DNA from: a virus
DNA: 64,000 nucleotides
Virus record (IMG/VR): IMGVR_UViG_3300028400_000003
Location: 20,086 to 84,085 of that record
Reading direction: 5' to 3' (one strand)
Of this stretch, positions 25,591-36,100 are shown in pieces. The notes below the pieces were generated by a model. It was not told the DNA's origin. It did not search any database and saw nothing but the letters and a program-made list of their open reading frames with translations. Each line of letters begins with the position of its first letter. Position 1 is the stretch's first letter. The translations under genes and the position numbers were made by a program.

Positions 25591-26268
25591 ATGCCCTGGA
25601 AAGACGACTTCGTTCTTGGAAAAAGCCAGGCGCTTTACGTCTACCTGCTTCCAGCCGGTAGCCGTGACGCACCTAGCAGCGTGACTTTTACGGTTAGCAA
25701 CGCCGGCTCCGACGTGGCGGCTGGCAGTACGAGCATCCCGCTGGCTTCGGCCACGGGGGTAATTGTCCCGGAGGGGACGATCCTTACCTTTGGCAGCGTT
25801 GAGGTCTACGTCGCACAGACGGCCCAAGCCACGGACACCAGCCTGACGGTTGATCCAACTTCGGCCGCGATTACGGACGGCTCGACGGCCACCTGGGACC
25901 AGATGGTGCGGGTTCACGGTGGCACCAACAGCCCGTTCCAGGGGTCGAGCAACGAGCAGACCACCAACACTTACGAGTCGGGCGGTTGGACTGACGGTAA
26001 GGTGGTCAGCAACACGTGGACGATCAACTGGTCAGGAAATTTCCGGCCCGATGACTACGGCTACAAGTACGTGCGGGATGCCTGGATGAACCAGCAAGAG
26101 CTTTACGTTCGCCAGGTACGTACCCGTGAGGATGGCAGCACCGCTGAAAAGCGCGAGGGGGTTTGCGCCGTCACCAGCTTCCAAGACGACGCACCCGCCG
26201 ATGGCGTGGTCACCACTAGCTTTACGCTAGTCGGGCGCGGTTCTCCGACCATCACGGAAACACCCTAG
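25591..26268 (+). CDS. major tail (tube) protein
   Basis: WTINWSGNF; VTSF...DGVVTTSFTLVGRG. Confidence 0.8.
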   Translation: MPWKDDFVLGKSQALYVYLLPAGSRDAPSSVTFTVSNAGSDVAAGSTSIPLASATGVIVPEGTILTFGSVEVYVAQTAQATDTSLTVDPTSAAITDGSTATWDQMVRVHGGTNSPFQGSSNEQTTNTYESGGWTDGKVVSNTWTINWSGNFRPDDYGYKYVRDAWMNQQELYVRQVRTREDGSTAEKREGVCAVTSFQDDAPADGVVTTSFTLVGRGSPTITETP

Positions 26269-26272
26269 TTCC

Positions 26273-26302
26273 AGAGGGGGCTTCGGCCCCCTCTTTTCTT
26301 TT
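26273..26302 (+). terminator. intrinsic terminator
   Basis: AGAGGGGGC-TTCG-GCCCCCTCT followed by TTTCTTTT. Confidence 0.9.
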
Positions 26303-26313
26303 GGCCTATACAC

Positions 26314-26342
26314 TTGACAAATAGGGCAAAGTCATATATAAC
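26314..26342 (+). promoter_or_regulatory. early-type promoter
   Basis: TTGACA-N17-TATAAC; same CTTGACAAATAG family as the others. Confidence 0.75.
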
Positions 26343-26363
26343 GAAATTAGAAAGGGGGCAGAG

Positions 26364-26555
26364 ATGGAAAAGAGGTTATTGGTTTACGAGGGGAATGTCA
26401 GGGAGGCACGCGAGGAGGCCCGTGCCGCGCTCAAGGCCGGGTATGTCGTCACCCTGGTCTTCGTTGGAACCGGTAAGAGCATCGAGGTCGAGCGCGTTCA
26501 GGAACTCGAGAATGCCCTGGCCATCTTTGAAGGGCGAGCGCTGGAGGTCGTGTGA
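26364..26555 (+). CDS. hypothetical protein
   Basis: First ORF after the promoter; RBS present. Confidence 0.65.
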   Translation: MEKRLLVYEGNVREAREEARAALKAGYVVTLVFVGTGKSIEVERVQELENALAIFEGRALEVV

Positions 26556-26794
26556 TGATCAAGGTGCTGGATCAAAAGGGTAGGCTGCACCTGTTTGGGC
26601 CTCACACGGTGTTTGAGCGGACAGGCACCCAGGTCGTGGCCCATGTGCTTGCTGGACTGGCCGTGCTCCACGGGGTTGGTGATCCGCACTACCACTCGAT
26701 CACCCTTGCCGAATACACTTCGGAAGCCGCTGCCGAAAGCGCCGTCATGAGCCTGGCCAGCGCCCAACCCACGGAGTTTGTCTACTTGGCGTAG
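26552..26794 (+). CDS. hypothetical protein
   Basis: GTGA-coupled. Confidence 0.6.
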   Translation: MMIKVLDQKGRLHLFGPHTVFERTGTQVVAHVLAGLAVLHGVGDPHYHSITLAEYTSEAAAESAVMSLASAQPTEFVYLA

Positions 26795-26801
26795 GTGTAA
26801 C

Positions 26802-27032
26802 ATGATACTGCTTTCATTCTTCATCCTGTTGTTTCTGGCCCTGGTGCTCGTGCTACGCGCCGAGTTATCGCCTATGGACAAGGGGCGGCTGGCGCTTTTC
26901 ATCGGCGTGCTGGCCGTTGCGGGTATGGTGTTCGCACTTCTGTTTGCCACGATCAACGCGATTGACCAGCACGAAAAAGAGGTGGACCGCCTGCTCATAC
27001 AACTTGAGTCCGAGTTGAACCAAGGGCGGTAA
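26802..27032 (+). CDS. small two-TM membrane protein
   Basis: Two hydrophobic segments. Confidence 0.65.
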   Translation: MILLSFFILLFLALVLVLRAELSPMDKGRLALFIGVLAVAGMVFALLFATINAIDQHEKEVDRLLIQLESELNQGR

Positions 27033-27041
27033 CCCCTTGAC

Positions 27042-27086
27042 TTGACAAATAGCGCGTTACCATATAAGATAAAGGCAGGAGGTAGG
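27042..27086 (+). promoter_or_regulatory. early-type promoter plus RBS
   Basis: TTGACA-N17-TAAGAT followed by AAAGGCAGGAGGTAGG. Confidence 0.8.
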
Positions 27087-27087
27087 T

Positions 27088-27423
27088 ATGCGAGTAAGCA
27101 AAATGCAGGTTGACCCCAAACTTGTTGCTAAGCTGGCCAAGATGAACTACGGCCCACACCTTCCGCTCAACATGAGGCGGGTGGAGAGCACAGAGGCCAC
27201 GTTCATAGGGGCTATGTTCCCCGAGTATCGGGTGACGCGCGGTCTGGCCGGTGAGGTGGTCTTTCACGAGGATGGCAAGATCGTGTTTGTTACCGCAGCC
27301 TACAACACCTACACCGGCGACCTTGAGATCAAGGGGCTTGCTGGCTTGGGGCCACGGGCAAGAGGGACCGTCGAGCGTCTGGCAAGAGCAGCCCTTGGGT
27401 TGAAGCAGGAGGTGAGGTCGTGA
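27088..27423 (+). CDS. hypothetical protein
   Basis: Strong RBS. Confidence 0.7.
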   Translation: MRVSKMQVDPKLVAKLAKMNYGPHLPLNMRRVESTEATFIGAMFPEYRVTRGLAGEVVFHEDGKIVFVTAAYNTYTGDLEIKGLAGLGPRARGTVERLARAALGLKQEVRS

Positions 27424-27740
27424 AGCACCGGCATAGGTACGTCTATGAAAGCCCACGTGGCTTCGCCAACGAGTTTGTGATCTATGTGGTCCCGGAGAGT
27501 TGGAAGGTTGCGAGCATCTTCAGTTTTTCAAAGGCCGGGCGGTCGCTTCATCCCATCACTCGCAAGAAGGCCGTGGAGTCTTTACGCGGCTATCGCGGCA
27601 AGGATAGCCGGCGCTCGTTGTATGCGTGCCCGGTGTGCGGCTATGTTCCGGAAGGGGTGGCCGCAGGCGAGGTTGAGCGGCCGTGGTGGTCCAAGGCTGG
27701 CGATCTAAAGGCCTACCTTGATAATGGCAGTTACTACTGA
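27420..27740 (+). CDS. hypothetical protein with CPVCG
   Basis: Coupled ORF. Confidence 0.65.
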   Translation: MKHRHRYVYESPRGFANEFVIYVVPESWKVASIFSFSKAGRSLHPITRKKAVESLRGYRGKDSRRSLYACPVCGYVPEGVAAGEVERPWWSKAGDLKAYLDNGSYY

Positions 27741-27748
27741 GGGCGGTC

Positions 27749-28792
27749 ATGGAAAAGGATTTCAGCTTTAGCTTGGTAGACGATATTCGCAACGACGGTA
27801 ACGCGTTGCTGCTGATCACGCGGTACGGTTCCCATCTGTACGGGACAGCAACAGAGGACTCAGACGAAGATTACGCAATCCTTTACGCCCCACCGCTTGG
27901 TGATATCCTGCTTGGCACAGAAAGGCACTCCTACCGGTACAATTCCAACGCGGACGGCAAGAACCACGCAGGCGACGTTGACATACAGGCGTCAAGCGTT
28001 AACGGGGTGGTCAAGCGGTTCATGAAGGGAGAGCTTGTAGCGCTCGATCTGCTTCATGCTCCAACCAATCCGCATGCGTTAATCTACATACACCCCGCCT
28101 TCATGCAGTTTCTAGAGGGCTACATTTGGAACCACCGGTTGACACCGGTACGCATGGCGGGCGTGCTCGGTTACATGCGCAACCAGGCTAACAAGTACGG
28201 GATGAAAGGCACCAAGCTTGGTGTAGCGTTGGAGCTTGATCGGGCGGTCAACCGCTTGATCGAGCGCTACGGTGGGGATACACTTATCAGCGCCGTAGCT
28301 AACGACATACCCGTAAACAAGCCGCATGTGCAATGGGCATGGATGGACGCCCTCGGAAAGGGCGGTTCCCATAAGAAGGTGCGAGCCCTGAACGTGTTCG
28401 GCCGCTTTGCCCCTGAATACTGGACGCTCGATCAGTTGAGCGTAGCCGTGCGTAGGGTGGTTGACGGTTATGGACACCGCTCACTCAAGGCAATGGAGCA
28501 AGAAGGCGTTGACTACAAGGCGCTAAGCCATGCGCTCCGGGCCGCGCATGAGTATGAGGCTTACATCGGCGGCCACCTACGCTTCCCGCTGCCGCCGAAC
28601 GTGGTAGACACCGTGCGGGCCATTAAGGAAGGTAGGATGGATTTTGCTCAGGCCAAGGCGGTAGTCGAAGCGGCCGTTGATCGGGTCATGCGGCTGCATG
28701 AGGCCAGGCAGGCGGACAACGAGGCGGTGGAAGAAAATTATGCGCTGGCCAAGCAGGCGTTGAAGAACCTGTATGCCGCGCTTTGGGGGTAG
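27749..28792 (+). CDS. Pol-beta superfamily nucleotidyltransferase (RlaP/YcgL-like)
   Basis: GSHLYGTATEDSDED; DYKALSHALR. Confidence 0.8.
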   Translation: MEKDFSFSLVDDIRNDGNALLLITRYGSHLYGTATEDSDEDYAILYAPPLGDILLGTERHSYRYNSNADGKNHAGDVDIQASSVNGVVKRFMKGELVALDLLHAPTNPHALIYIHPAFMQFLEGYIWNHRLTPVRMAGVLGYMRNQANKYGMKGTKLGVALELDRAVNRLIERYGGDTLISAVANDIPVNKPHVQWAWMDALGKGGSHKKVRALNVFGRFAPEYWTLDQLSVAVRRVVDGYGHRSLKAMEQEGVDYKALSHALRAAHEYEAYIGGHLRFPLPPNVVDTVRAIKEGRMDFAQAKAVVEAAVDRVMRLHEARQADNEAVEENYALAKQALKNLYAALWG

Positions 28793-28794
28793 CT

Positions 28795-29079
28795 ATGAAG
28801 TCCGGAAAGGTGCTCGGGTACAGGGTGACGGTAGACGGTCAGACGCTCACCGTAAACGACTGCCAGTTTTCGCCGTCGAGAGCCAGTTTTGGACCAGCGG
28901 CGAGCGGCATCAGGGTGGAATGCGCCGATGGTATCAAAGCCAGCTTCATGCTTGGGCGGTCCTTCTTCGTGGTAACCGTCAACGAAGCAGGTTGGAGAGT
29001 GGTGGCCAAACGCGCTCAGATCGTGCCTCGCGTGTTTGGGGGCGAGTGGGAGAGCGAGCGGAAGGCAAAGGTTACTTGA
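28795..29079 (+). CDS. hypothetical protein
   Basis: ORF in a same-strand gene run. Confidence 0.6.
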   Translation: MKSGKVLGYRVTVDGQTLTVNDCQFSPSRASFGPAASGIRVECADGIKASFMLGRSFFVVTVNEAGWRVVAKRAQIVPRVFGGEWESERKAKVT

Positions 29080-29104
29080 CAAATATAACCAGGCAATATA
29101 TAAT
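29076..29104 (+). promoter_or_regulatory. consensus sigma70 promoter
   Basis: TTGACA-N17-TATAAT. Confidence 0.88.
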
Positions 29105-29124
29105 CAGGCAGGAGGTGCGAGGTA

Positions 29125-29211
29125 ATGGCGAAGTTGATCTGGGGGGCCGTAGGGATTCTGGCCGTGGCCGTGGCGTTGTGGCTTGACATCAGGCGTGAGG
29201 GTTTGCCGTAG
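29125..29211 (+). CDS. 28-aa single-TM peptide
   Basis: MAKLIWGAVGILAVAVALWLDIRREGLP*; RBS GAGGT; not in the ORF track. Confidence 0.6.
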   Translation: MAKLIWGAVGILAVAVALWLDIRREGLP

Positions 29212-29216
29212 GGGGA

Positions 29217-29759
29217 GTGATGAAGGTTTATCTCGTAACGACTGAGCACATAGAAAATTGGGAGGGTATGGTAACCCGGGTGTGGGTTGCGGCGCAAAAT
29301 GAGCGGCAGGCTGCCGCCATCGCCGCGCTCGCCTTCGATAAGATGCTTGGTAACTACCAGCCGGGCATCATCGGCAGCGATCCTCTAGACCCCTATGTCT
29401 ATCCGCTGAGGGCTTCGTCTTATGCCCTTCTGGGCATCCTTGGCCAGAACCAGGTTTACGACATCGGAAAGACCCCGCAGCTGATCGAGGTAACCGAAGA
29501 GCAGGAAAAGCAGCTGATGAACCTGTTTTGGGGAACGCCGCCCGGTTCCGTGTATGAGCGTGGCGGCTTCACCCAGCCTGCCGAAGACTACATCTGCAAG
29601 AACTGCGGAACCGAGGTGGACTGCTTCGGGAGCTATCGGGAAGATGGGGAAGACGTTTGGCTTGCCGTTGACTGCGAAAACGGAGCACCGCTCGAAGCCT
29701 GCCCGCATTGCGGCCACGGTGGAGTTTGGTGGAGGAAGAGGGGCAATGTCAAGAATTGA
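29217..29759 (+). CDS. hypothetical protein with a Zn ribbon
   Basis: CKNCG...CPHCG. Confidence 0.7.
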   Translation: MMKVYLVTTEHIENWEGMVTRVWVAAQNERQAAAIAALAFDKMLGNYQPGIIGSDPLDPYVYPLRASSYALLGILGQNQVYDIGKTPQLIEVTEEQEKQLMNLFWGTPPGSVYERGGFTQPAEDYICKNCGTEVDCFGSYREDGEDVWLAVDCENGAPLEACPHCGHGGVWWRKRGNVKN

Positions 29760-29904
29760 GCAGATCTTCGACTTTATTGGCAAGGCCATTCTGATCGCAG
29801 CGGCGGCCTGGATCATCTTTTACATCGTCTACGTATCTATCACGGTGGCGGTGGACTGCAACATCGAGGCAGGACCATGCATTGAGGAGGTGAGCAGACC
29901 ATGA
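29746..29904 (+). CDS. small membrane protein
   Basis: One TM segment; RBS GAGGGG. Confidence 0.55.
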   Translation: MSRIEQIFDFIGKAILIAAAAWIIFYIVYVSITVAVDCNIEAGPCIEEVSRP

Positions 29905-30287
29905 CGGTCAAGAGCACCACGGGTAGCACTCACCCACTCAAGCATCTTGATCTGGCCATACAAACCCTACGGGATGCACAGAAGCGCGTGCGTGAGCGTG
30001 GTTGCCACGAAGAGTATGACCTGGCGAATGTGGAGTTTGACATTGGCACGGCCATGTTACAGATCAAACTGGCAGAACAAGCCTTCAAGTGGAGAGAGGT
30101 GGACAAGGTGGCCCCGCCAAAGGACGGGTCGCTTTTGATTATCGAGGAAGGGGGCGGTGAGTATGCGGTAGTACGGTGGAGTGAGAGGGACGGTCTCGAA
30201 GCCTGGCACAATGCCTATGGAGGCCCGGCAACCTTCATGAGAGACGAAGACATCGAGGGGCTGCGGTGGAGGCCGCTCACCCCCTAG
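29901..30287 (+). CDS. hypothetical protein
   Basis: W...APPKDGS...WRPL C-terminal phage domain. Confidence 0.7.
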   Translation: MTVKSTTGSTHPLKHLDLAIQTLRDAQKRVRERGCHEEYDLANVEFDIGTAMLQIKLAEQAFKWREVDKVAPPKDGSLLIIEEGGGEYAVVRWSERDGLEAWHNAYGGPATFMRDEDIEGLRWRPLTP

Positions 30288-30297
30288 GAGGTCACAT

Positions 30298-30765
30298 ATG
30301 CATGTTATCGAGAAACCAGACGGCTCGGGCTTTTACATTGCCACACTTGAGGTGTTTGACGAAGGCGAGTGCGGCGTGAAAAGCCTGTTCACCTACGTGG
30401 GCTCGGGCCGCAACCCCGAGGAGGCCCTTGAGGAGGCTAAGAAGCAGCCCTGGTATGCATCGTTCGCTCCAAACCGCCATCTTCAAAGGGGAGACAGCGG
30501 CCCGCTCTTCGCCCCACGGTCCATCAGCCTCAACATCTTCAAGGCCAAGCCGTGCCCATCCTGCGGCAATCATCATCTCACCTACGTTGCAAGTCAGAGA
30601 AACTGGATCGCGGTGACCTGCGAGAACTGCCTTCTGATTGGCCCCAAGGTAGGCGGATACACCATCAACGATCCAGCTACCACACCATCGGCCAAGCTAC
30701 GGGCGGTCCTAACTTGGAACACTTGGATCAAAACGTTTAAGGGAGAGAAGAAGGATGAAAGTTGA
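30298..30765 (+). CDS. protein with a Lar-like zinc finger
   Basis: KPCPSCG...VTCENC...WN. Confidence 0.6.
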   Translation: MHVIEKPDGSGFYIATLEVFDEGECGVKSLFTYVGSGRNPEEALEEAKKQPWYASFAPNRHLQRGDSGPLFAPRSISLNIFKAKPCPSCGNHHLTYVASQRNWIAVTCENCLLIGPKVGGYTINDPATTPSAKLRAVLTWNTWIKTFKGEKKDES

Positions 30766-31132
30766 TCGGCGCATCTACTTGATTTTCGTGAATTACGCCC
30801 CTGACAAGGACCCTCCGGTTGAGCTTGACCTGACCAAGCGCTACCTTCACCCCCTCGGCGAGGCCGGATTCACGGTGGATCCGAGGATGGTCAACTACCG
30901 CGCCGAGGACTACGCCAGGCATGTTTGGGCCAGCATGCATGATCCGGACCCTTACCAGGGCCTCGACTTCGCGGCCTACATGGTGACCGGCCCTAGTACG
31001 GCTGCTTTGGTTTGGTGGAAACGGGCAGGTCGTGTACGCGGACGGTGGGCATCGTGGCACGGCAACCCGTCACACAAGCGGATCAAAGGTAAGTGGATCA
31101 AGAGTGAGGTAAACGAAGGGAGTGACGCATGA
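30755..31132 (+). CDS. hypothetical protein
   Basis: Coupled ORF. Confidence 0.65.
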   Translation: MKVDRRIYLIFVNYAPDKDPPVELDLTKRYLHPLGEAGFTVDPRMVNYRAEDYARHVWASMHDPDPYQGLDFAAYMVTGPSTAALVWWKRAGRVRGRWASWHGNPSHKRIKGKWIKSEVNEGSDA

Positions 31133-31476
31133 GCGATCAGACGGCAGGCACACTTATCGAGGAGCTTAAGGAAGCGACGCAACGGTACAGCAAGGCGAGG
31201 GAAGAGTACATGAAGGCGGCCATCGAGCACCGCAAAGCTAAGGCGTGGCTGAAGGAGCTTGAAGCTAACCTGCTCATCGAAGGATCGGTGACGGGCAAGA
31301 ATGCACAAGAGCGCGAGGCCTCACTGATGGCGCTCACATCGGATAAGCGGGATCAGGTCCTCGCGGCTGAGCATATGCTGAGCAAGGCATCCGCCAAGCT
31401 GGACATCGCCAGCGAGGAGCTGAAGACGGTGCGTGCGGCCATGAACTTTCTGGCCGCTAAAGAAGGTGGTAAGTGA
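31129..31476 (+). CDS. coiled-coil hypothetical protein
   Basis: Helical; GKNAQEREA motif. Confidence 0.7.
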   Translation: MSDQTAGTLIEELKEATQRYSKAREEYMKAAIEHRKAKAWLKELEANLLIEGSVTGKNAQEREASLMALTSDKRDQVLAAEHMLSKASAKLDIASEELKTVRAAMNFLAAKEGGK

Positions 31477-31880
31477 TGGTGAAAAAGGTACTGCTTCTTC
31501 TGCTGCTCATGATTCCACTTGGGCTGTTTGCGGCTTGCAGTCAGGCTGACGTAGTTTCCAGCAACATCAGCCGAAAGGCCGATCAGTTTCAGGTTTACCG
31601 CCGGATCATCTTCTACAACGGCATCACCGGCGAGTACATGCTGAACATCGAGGGCTACTGCTCGCTTGGGAACTACGATAAGGATGGCGAAGTATCGGTT
31701 ACCTGCAAGGTAGGCCGGGGCAAGTACGTCAAGCACTACCTTGGACTAAGCGATAACGTGACCTACTTCGCGGAGCAGACCGTGGCCACCCCTGAAGACC
31801 CTTACCACTATGTGGTTTACTTCAGGCCAACCACCATCGTCCCCAACTTTGAGCTTGACGTGCCAGGGAGCCAGCGTTGA
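31473..31880 (+). CDS. conserved phage lipoprotein
   Basis: Lipobox-like FAAC; RRIIFYNGITGEYMLNIEG; KHYLGLSDNVTYF. Confidence 0.8.
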   Translation: MMVKKVLLLLLLMIPLGLFAACSQADVVSSNISRKADQFQVYRRIIFYNGITGEYMLNIEGYCSLGNYDKDGEVSVTCKVGRGKYVKHYLGLSDNVTYFAEQTVATPEDPYHYVVYFRPTTIVPNFELDVPGSQR

Positions 31881-32086
31881 GTGGCAAGCGCCAGGTCTAT
31901 GCCGTTTTGCGGCTTACGAACGGGATCGTGGTTGAGGTGACGGGCATAGACGGCCACGGCCGCGAGGCGGTGGTGAACCTGCCGGAAGGAAGGTACCTTA
32001 TACCGGTTTTTGATTCACTGGAAGAGGCGCGAGAGCAGTCCGAAGGTGGGAAGTACGATATCCTGGCGCTTGAAGTAGGCGAATGA
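31877..32086 (+). CDS. hypothetical protein
   Basis: Coupled ORF. Confidence 0.55.
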   Translation: MSGKRQVYAVLRLTNGIVVEVTGIDGHGREAVVNLPEGRYLIPVFDSLEEAREQSEGGKYDILALEVGE

Positions 32087-32124
32087 CAACCTAGGAGGTA
32101 CTGCGTGCTGTGGTAGGCTAAGCT

Positions 32125-32376
32125 ATGGTCTACTACAGCACGCATAAACGTGGCGGAGAGCCAGTAGTGTGCTTGTTTGGGGCCAGAAGGTTGACGGATG
32201 GAACGCTGGCCGTTGACATACTCGCCGTTGCTGAGCGTTGGTCCCAAGCTGAAGTCGAGGTGCAAACACCACCCGATCACTCGCGCTCGCAAAAGATGCG
32301 TATACGCCTTCCGGAAGATGCCCTGAACCGCAGCGTGCCCATCATGATGCGGGAGGTTAGAATAGAGCAGATATGA
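32125..32376 (+). CDS. hypothetical protein
   Basis: Coupled to the chaperone gene. Confidence 0.5.
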   Translation: MVYYSTHKRGGEPVVCLFGARRLTDGTLAVDILAVAERWSQAEVEVQTPPDHSRSQKMRIRLPEDALNRSVPIMMREVRIEQI

Positions 32377-32792
32377 GCCTACCGTTCAAAACACCAAAGC
32401 CGCAGCAAACGATTGAGGTTGGAGACAAGGCCACCGGCAAGGTCAAGGTCCCCGTTTACGGAGGCCTTCTTACCGGCGAAGCCATCGAGATTGCCAAGCT
32501 ATTCCAGCAGGTGAGCAACGAACTTGGCAAGAGCGTTGACGACATTACGGATCAAGACCTGGTAGCCTACAAGGACGCGCTGGCGCTGATTGCGCTGAGG
32601 TATCGGGTCAAAGGTGGAGAACAGGCCACCCTTGAAGACCTGCAAACGGCCCCGTGGTCCGTAGTGGATGCACTGGCCAAACTAATGATCAACGAACTAA
32701 ACGCCGAAGCCCTCCGGAACTTGCAGGCTGTCATCGCGGAGGAAGACGAGGGCGGTGAAACAAAAAAAGAAAAAAGCCAGCCGCGCAGCTAA
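32373..32792 (+). CDS. tail assembly chaperone (G-like)
   Basis: Position before the tape measure gene; slippery A AAA AAA at 32762-68. Confidence 0.8.
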   Translation: MSLPFKTPKPQQTIEVGDKATGKVKVPVYGGLLTGEAIEIAKLFQQVSNELGKSVDDITDQDLVAYKDALALIALRYRVKGGEQATLEDLQTAPWSVVDALAKLMINELNAEALRNLQAVIAEEDEGGETKKEKSQPRS

Positions 32793-33169
32793 CGGATGAC
32801 GATTGGACCCAGCTATTTGCGCGGCTGGCCTACCACTATCCAAGCATCATTCACCACGAAAACTTCGCCTGGCTTCCGCTTGGGCTTGTCATGGCCCTCG
32901 ACCACGCACTCCAAACAATAGAATACGACCGGGCACAGCTATTGTCCTGGGGTGATGCGATGGTGGCCTACATAGTAGCTAAAACGGGTTTCGCAAACAT
33001 ACCCGATGCGAGGTTGGAGGACTTCAACCCGTTTGCCGTCGCACAGAAACGCTGGCCGCGCAAGGGAGCCAGGGAGTTTATACGCGAGGTCAAGGCCGGG
33101 CGTGTGCCTAGGTGGTTGCTAGGGTTCGCGCCTATCAACGAGCTTAAGTATGCTGCGGGGAATGATTAA
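32762..33169 (+). CDS. -1 frameshift extension of the chaperone (T-like segment)
   Basis: The -1 frame is open from 32762 through ORF 32891-33169. Confidence 0.8.
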   Translation, partial: KKRKKPAAQLTDDDWTQLFARLAYHYPSIIHHENFAWLPLGLVMALDHALQTIEYDRAQLLSWGDAMVAYIVAKTGFANIPDARLEDFNPFAVAQKRWPRKGAREFIREVKAGRVPRWLLGFAPINELKYAAGND

Positions 33170-36100
33170 TGGCGAGTTACTCTCTTGGCCGCGCCATATT
33201 TGAAACCGGAGTAGACCTAACCGGGCTGAACCGTGGCCTCACGAAGGCGGAGCAGCGGGTCAAAGCCTTTGGGCTGAAGATCGAGCGTCAGGTCAAGGGC
33301 GGGAAGGCGTTTAGCTTCACCGCGCCGCTCGAAAAGCAGACCGCAGCTATCAATAAGTTTTCCAAGCAGGCCGAGCAGTCGCTTGGGCGGGTCAAGCGAG
33401 CAAGCGCTGGAACCAGTAACGCCCTTGGCAAGATGGTGACCAAGTACCTGGCCGCCGGTGCGGTCCTATACGGCGTGCAAAAAGCCTTCCGCGCCACTAT
33501 CAACGCCGCAAAAGACTTTGAGGTGGCCATAACGAATATTGACACCCTGGCCGCCAACACTACGGAGCAGATGGCTTTGCTCCGTCAGGGCGTGCTCGAT
33601 CTTGCTTCCGTGGTAGGCGAGGGACCAACGAAGCTCGCGAGCGCCCTTTATGACGTAGTTTCAGCCGGGTACTCCGGAGCCGAAGGGCTGAAGGTGCTTG
33701 AGGCATCGGCTAAGGCCGCTCGCGCTGGTTTGACCACAACGAAGGTGGCGGCCGATGCCGTGACGACTACCCTCAACGCCTACGGACTGGCCGCTGAGCA
33801 GGCCACGCACGTTACGGACGTTTTGCAGACCACGGTCAAGTACGGTAAGACCACCTGGGGTGAACTGGCTCCCGTGATAGGTCAGGTGATTCCACTGGCC
33901 GCCGCAGCGGGGGTGAGCATCGAGGAGCTTGGCGGTGCCCTGGCCGTGCTAACCGGCAACGGTGTGCAAACGTCTCAAGCCGTCACGCAGGTGCGTTCCC
34001 TGATCGCCGCACTCCTGAAAGACACTTCGCAAGCTCGCGAGGTGATGGATAAGTACAACTTCAGTATTTCCGCCAGCACCCTACAGCAGAAGGGGCTGAT
34101 CGGAACCCTCAAGGAGCTTCAAGGGGCTATCGGCGGCGACACGGAAGCCCTGTTCAAGTTCCTAGGCCGCGTCGAGGCCGTCAACGCAGCCCTCGCCCTG
34201 ACCACGGATCAGGGGTTCAAGAAGCTGGTCAGCGTTACGGAAGAGATGCGGAAGGCCGGGGGTGTGGTTGACGAGGCCTTTAACAAGCAGCTAGGAACGG
34301 CTCAGGGGCAGATTGATCGGTTTACGGCGGCCCTTGACGCCCTTAAGATCACTCTTGGAAACGAACTTTTGCCTACCATCGGCATTGTAGCCGGGGCGCT
34401 TGCCGGGTTGATCGAAAAGATCAACGACCTTGCCAACCCTCGCCTTGCTGCGGCCAAGAAGCTGGTACTTGAGGCGGGCGTGGCGGAAGAGCAGGTTTCG
34501 CCCGAGCAGCTAAGCAAGATCGCCGGTATCCAGGAGCAGCTGCGTGAATTGCGCGAGGTCGAGCGCCGCCTTAAAGACCTGGATACCGTGATGCGTACAT
34601 CCGGGGTTGGGGCCTTCATCTCCGGGCTCGAAACCGTGGCCGCCCGCCTTGGTATGACCAAAGAGGAGCTAGCCGAGGTTCACAAGGAGGCACGTAAGGC
34701 GCTTCGCGAGGGGCGTGGTGAAGAGTTTGCTGCTCAGTTTGCGGCTCGCGTCAATCAGATGCTCCAGTCTCAGAAGTCAGAGCTACAGGCGTCCCTCGAT
34801 GAAGCGCTCAAGCCGGGGCCTGGGGCCGAAGACCTTTCGCAGAAGATCGAGCAGATCAACCGCAGCCTGAACAACGCTCGCCAGCAGGCGCAACAGCTAG
34901 GTAGCGCCGACATCTTCAAGACGGCGGCGGCCAAGGCCGTGGAAAGCCTCAAGGCGTTGAGGCAGGAATTTGCCAGCAACGAAGAGGTTGTACAGAATAT
35001 TGACAACCTTATCAAGTCCATCGAAACCGAGGCGGCTAACTTCAAGGTGGCCCCGCAGGCCCCGAGTGAAGCTGAGGCCGAAGACTTCCTTAAGCCCTAC
35101 CGCGACGCCTTGCAGAACATCACCCTGAAAAGCAAGCTTGGGTTGATTGACGAAGGGACGGCGCGGCGGCAGCTTGAGGACATACGCAACCGCCTGCAAA
35201 AGGTGCTCGAAGGTACCGGGGATCAGGCTAAGCAGAACAGCATCATGACCTTGATCCTGAGCCTCGATCTGGCCATGAAGGGGTTGCAAACCCAGGCCAA
35301 GAGCACGGATGATGCCTTCCAGGCATGGTTGCAGAAGCTTGAGGTACAGGCCAAGCGAGGGCTCCGGCCCGTGTCTGAGATCAAAAACGAAGTGGCCAGC
35401 GCCCGCCAGAAAATACTTGAGCAGATACGAGCCCTTGGGCCGCTGGACACTCGCGAAAAGGTGGAAATACTCTTTGAGCTAAGCGCAAAGCTTGACCGGC
35501 TCGATGGGCTAAGCGAAACGCTTAAGGGGGCCACGGACAGGCAGCTTGAGGCGTATCGCGAATACTACCGCTCCCGCGTCGAGGGGCTGGGTTATGAGAT
35601 GGCCGATGAAGCACGGGCGGCCATGCAAACGCTGGCCAGCGCCCTTAGTGGTGAAGCCGATTTCTCCCAGGGGCTCGCCGCCGCAGAAAAACTGCGTGGC
35701 TTGATCGAGCAAAGCGTTGTCCCGATACCGGATGCGGTCAAGACGGCGGCGTTGGAACTTCTTGACGCCTTCGATGCCTACGGCGCGGCCATAGCGGATG
35801 GCTTCGAGAAAGCTGCACGAGCCGTCAATCAGGCCCGCTTCGGAGAGGGCATACTGGCCACCGCTGACGCCTTCAGGCGCTCCTTCGATACCGTAGGCGA
35901 GGCGCTGGTTTACCTTGGTAAGAACGGTCAGCTTACGGAAGAAAACATGCGGGCTTTGGGGGTGGCCTATGGTGAGGTTGGCCAGACCCTAGAACAACTT
36001 TTTACCGGGGCTAGCGCCCTCAACCTGGCCTTCAAGCTTGGAATCATCAGCGCGGACGACTACCGCAAGCGCCTATCCGAGGCGCGTGATGTGTTGCAAA

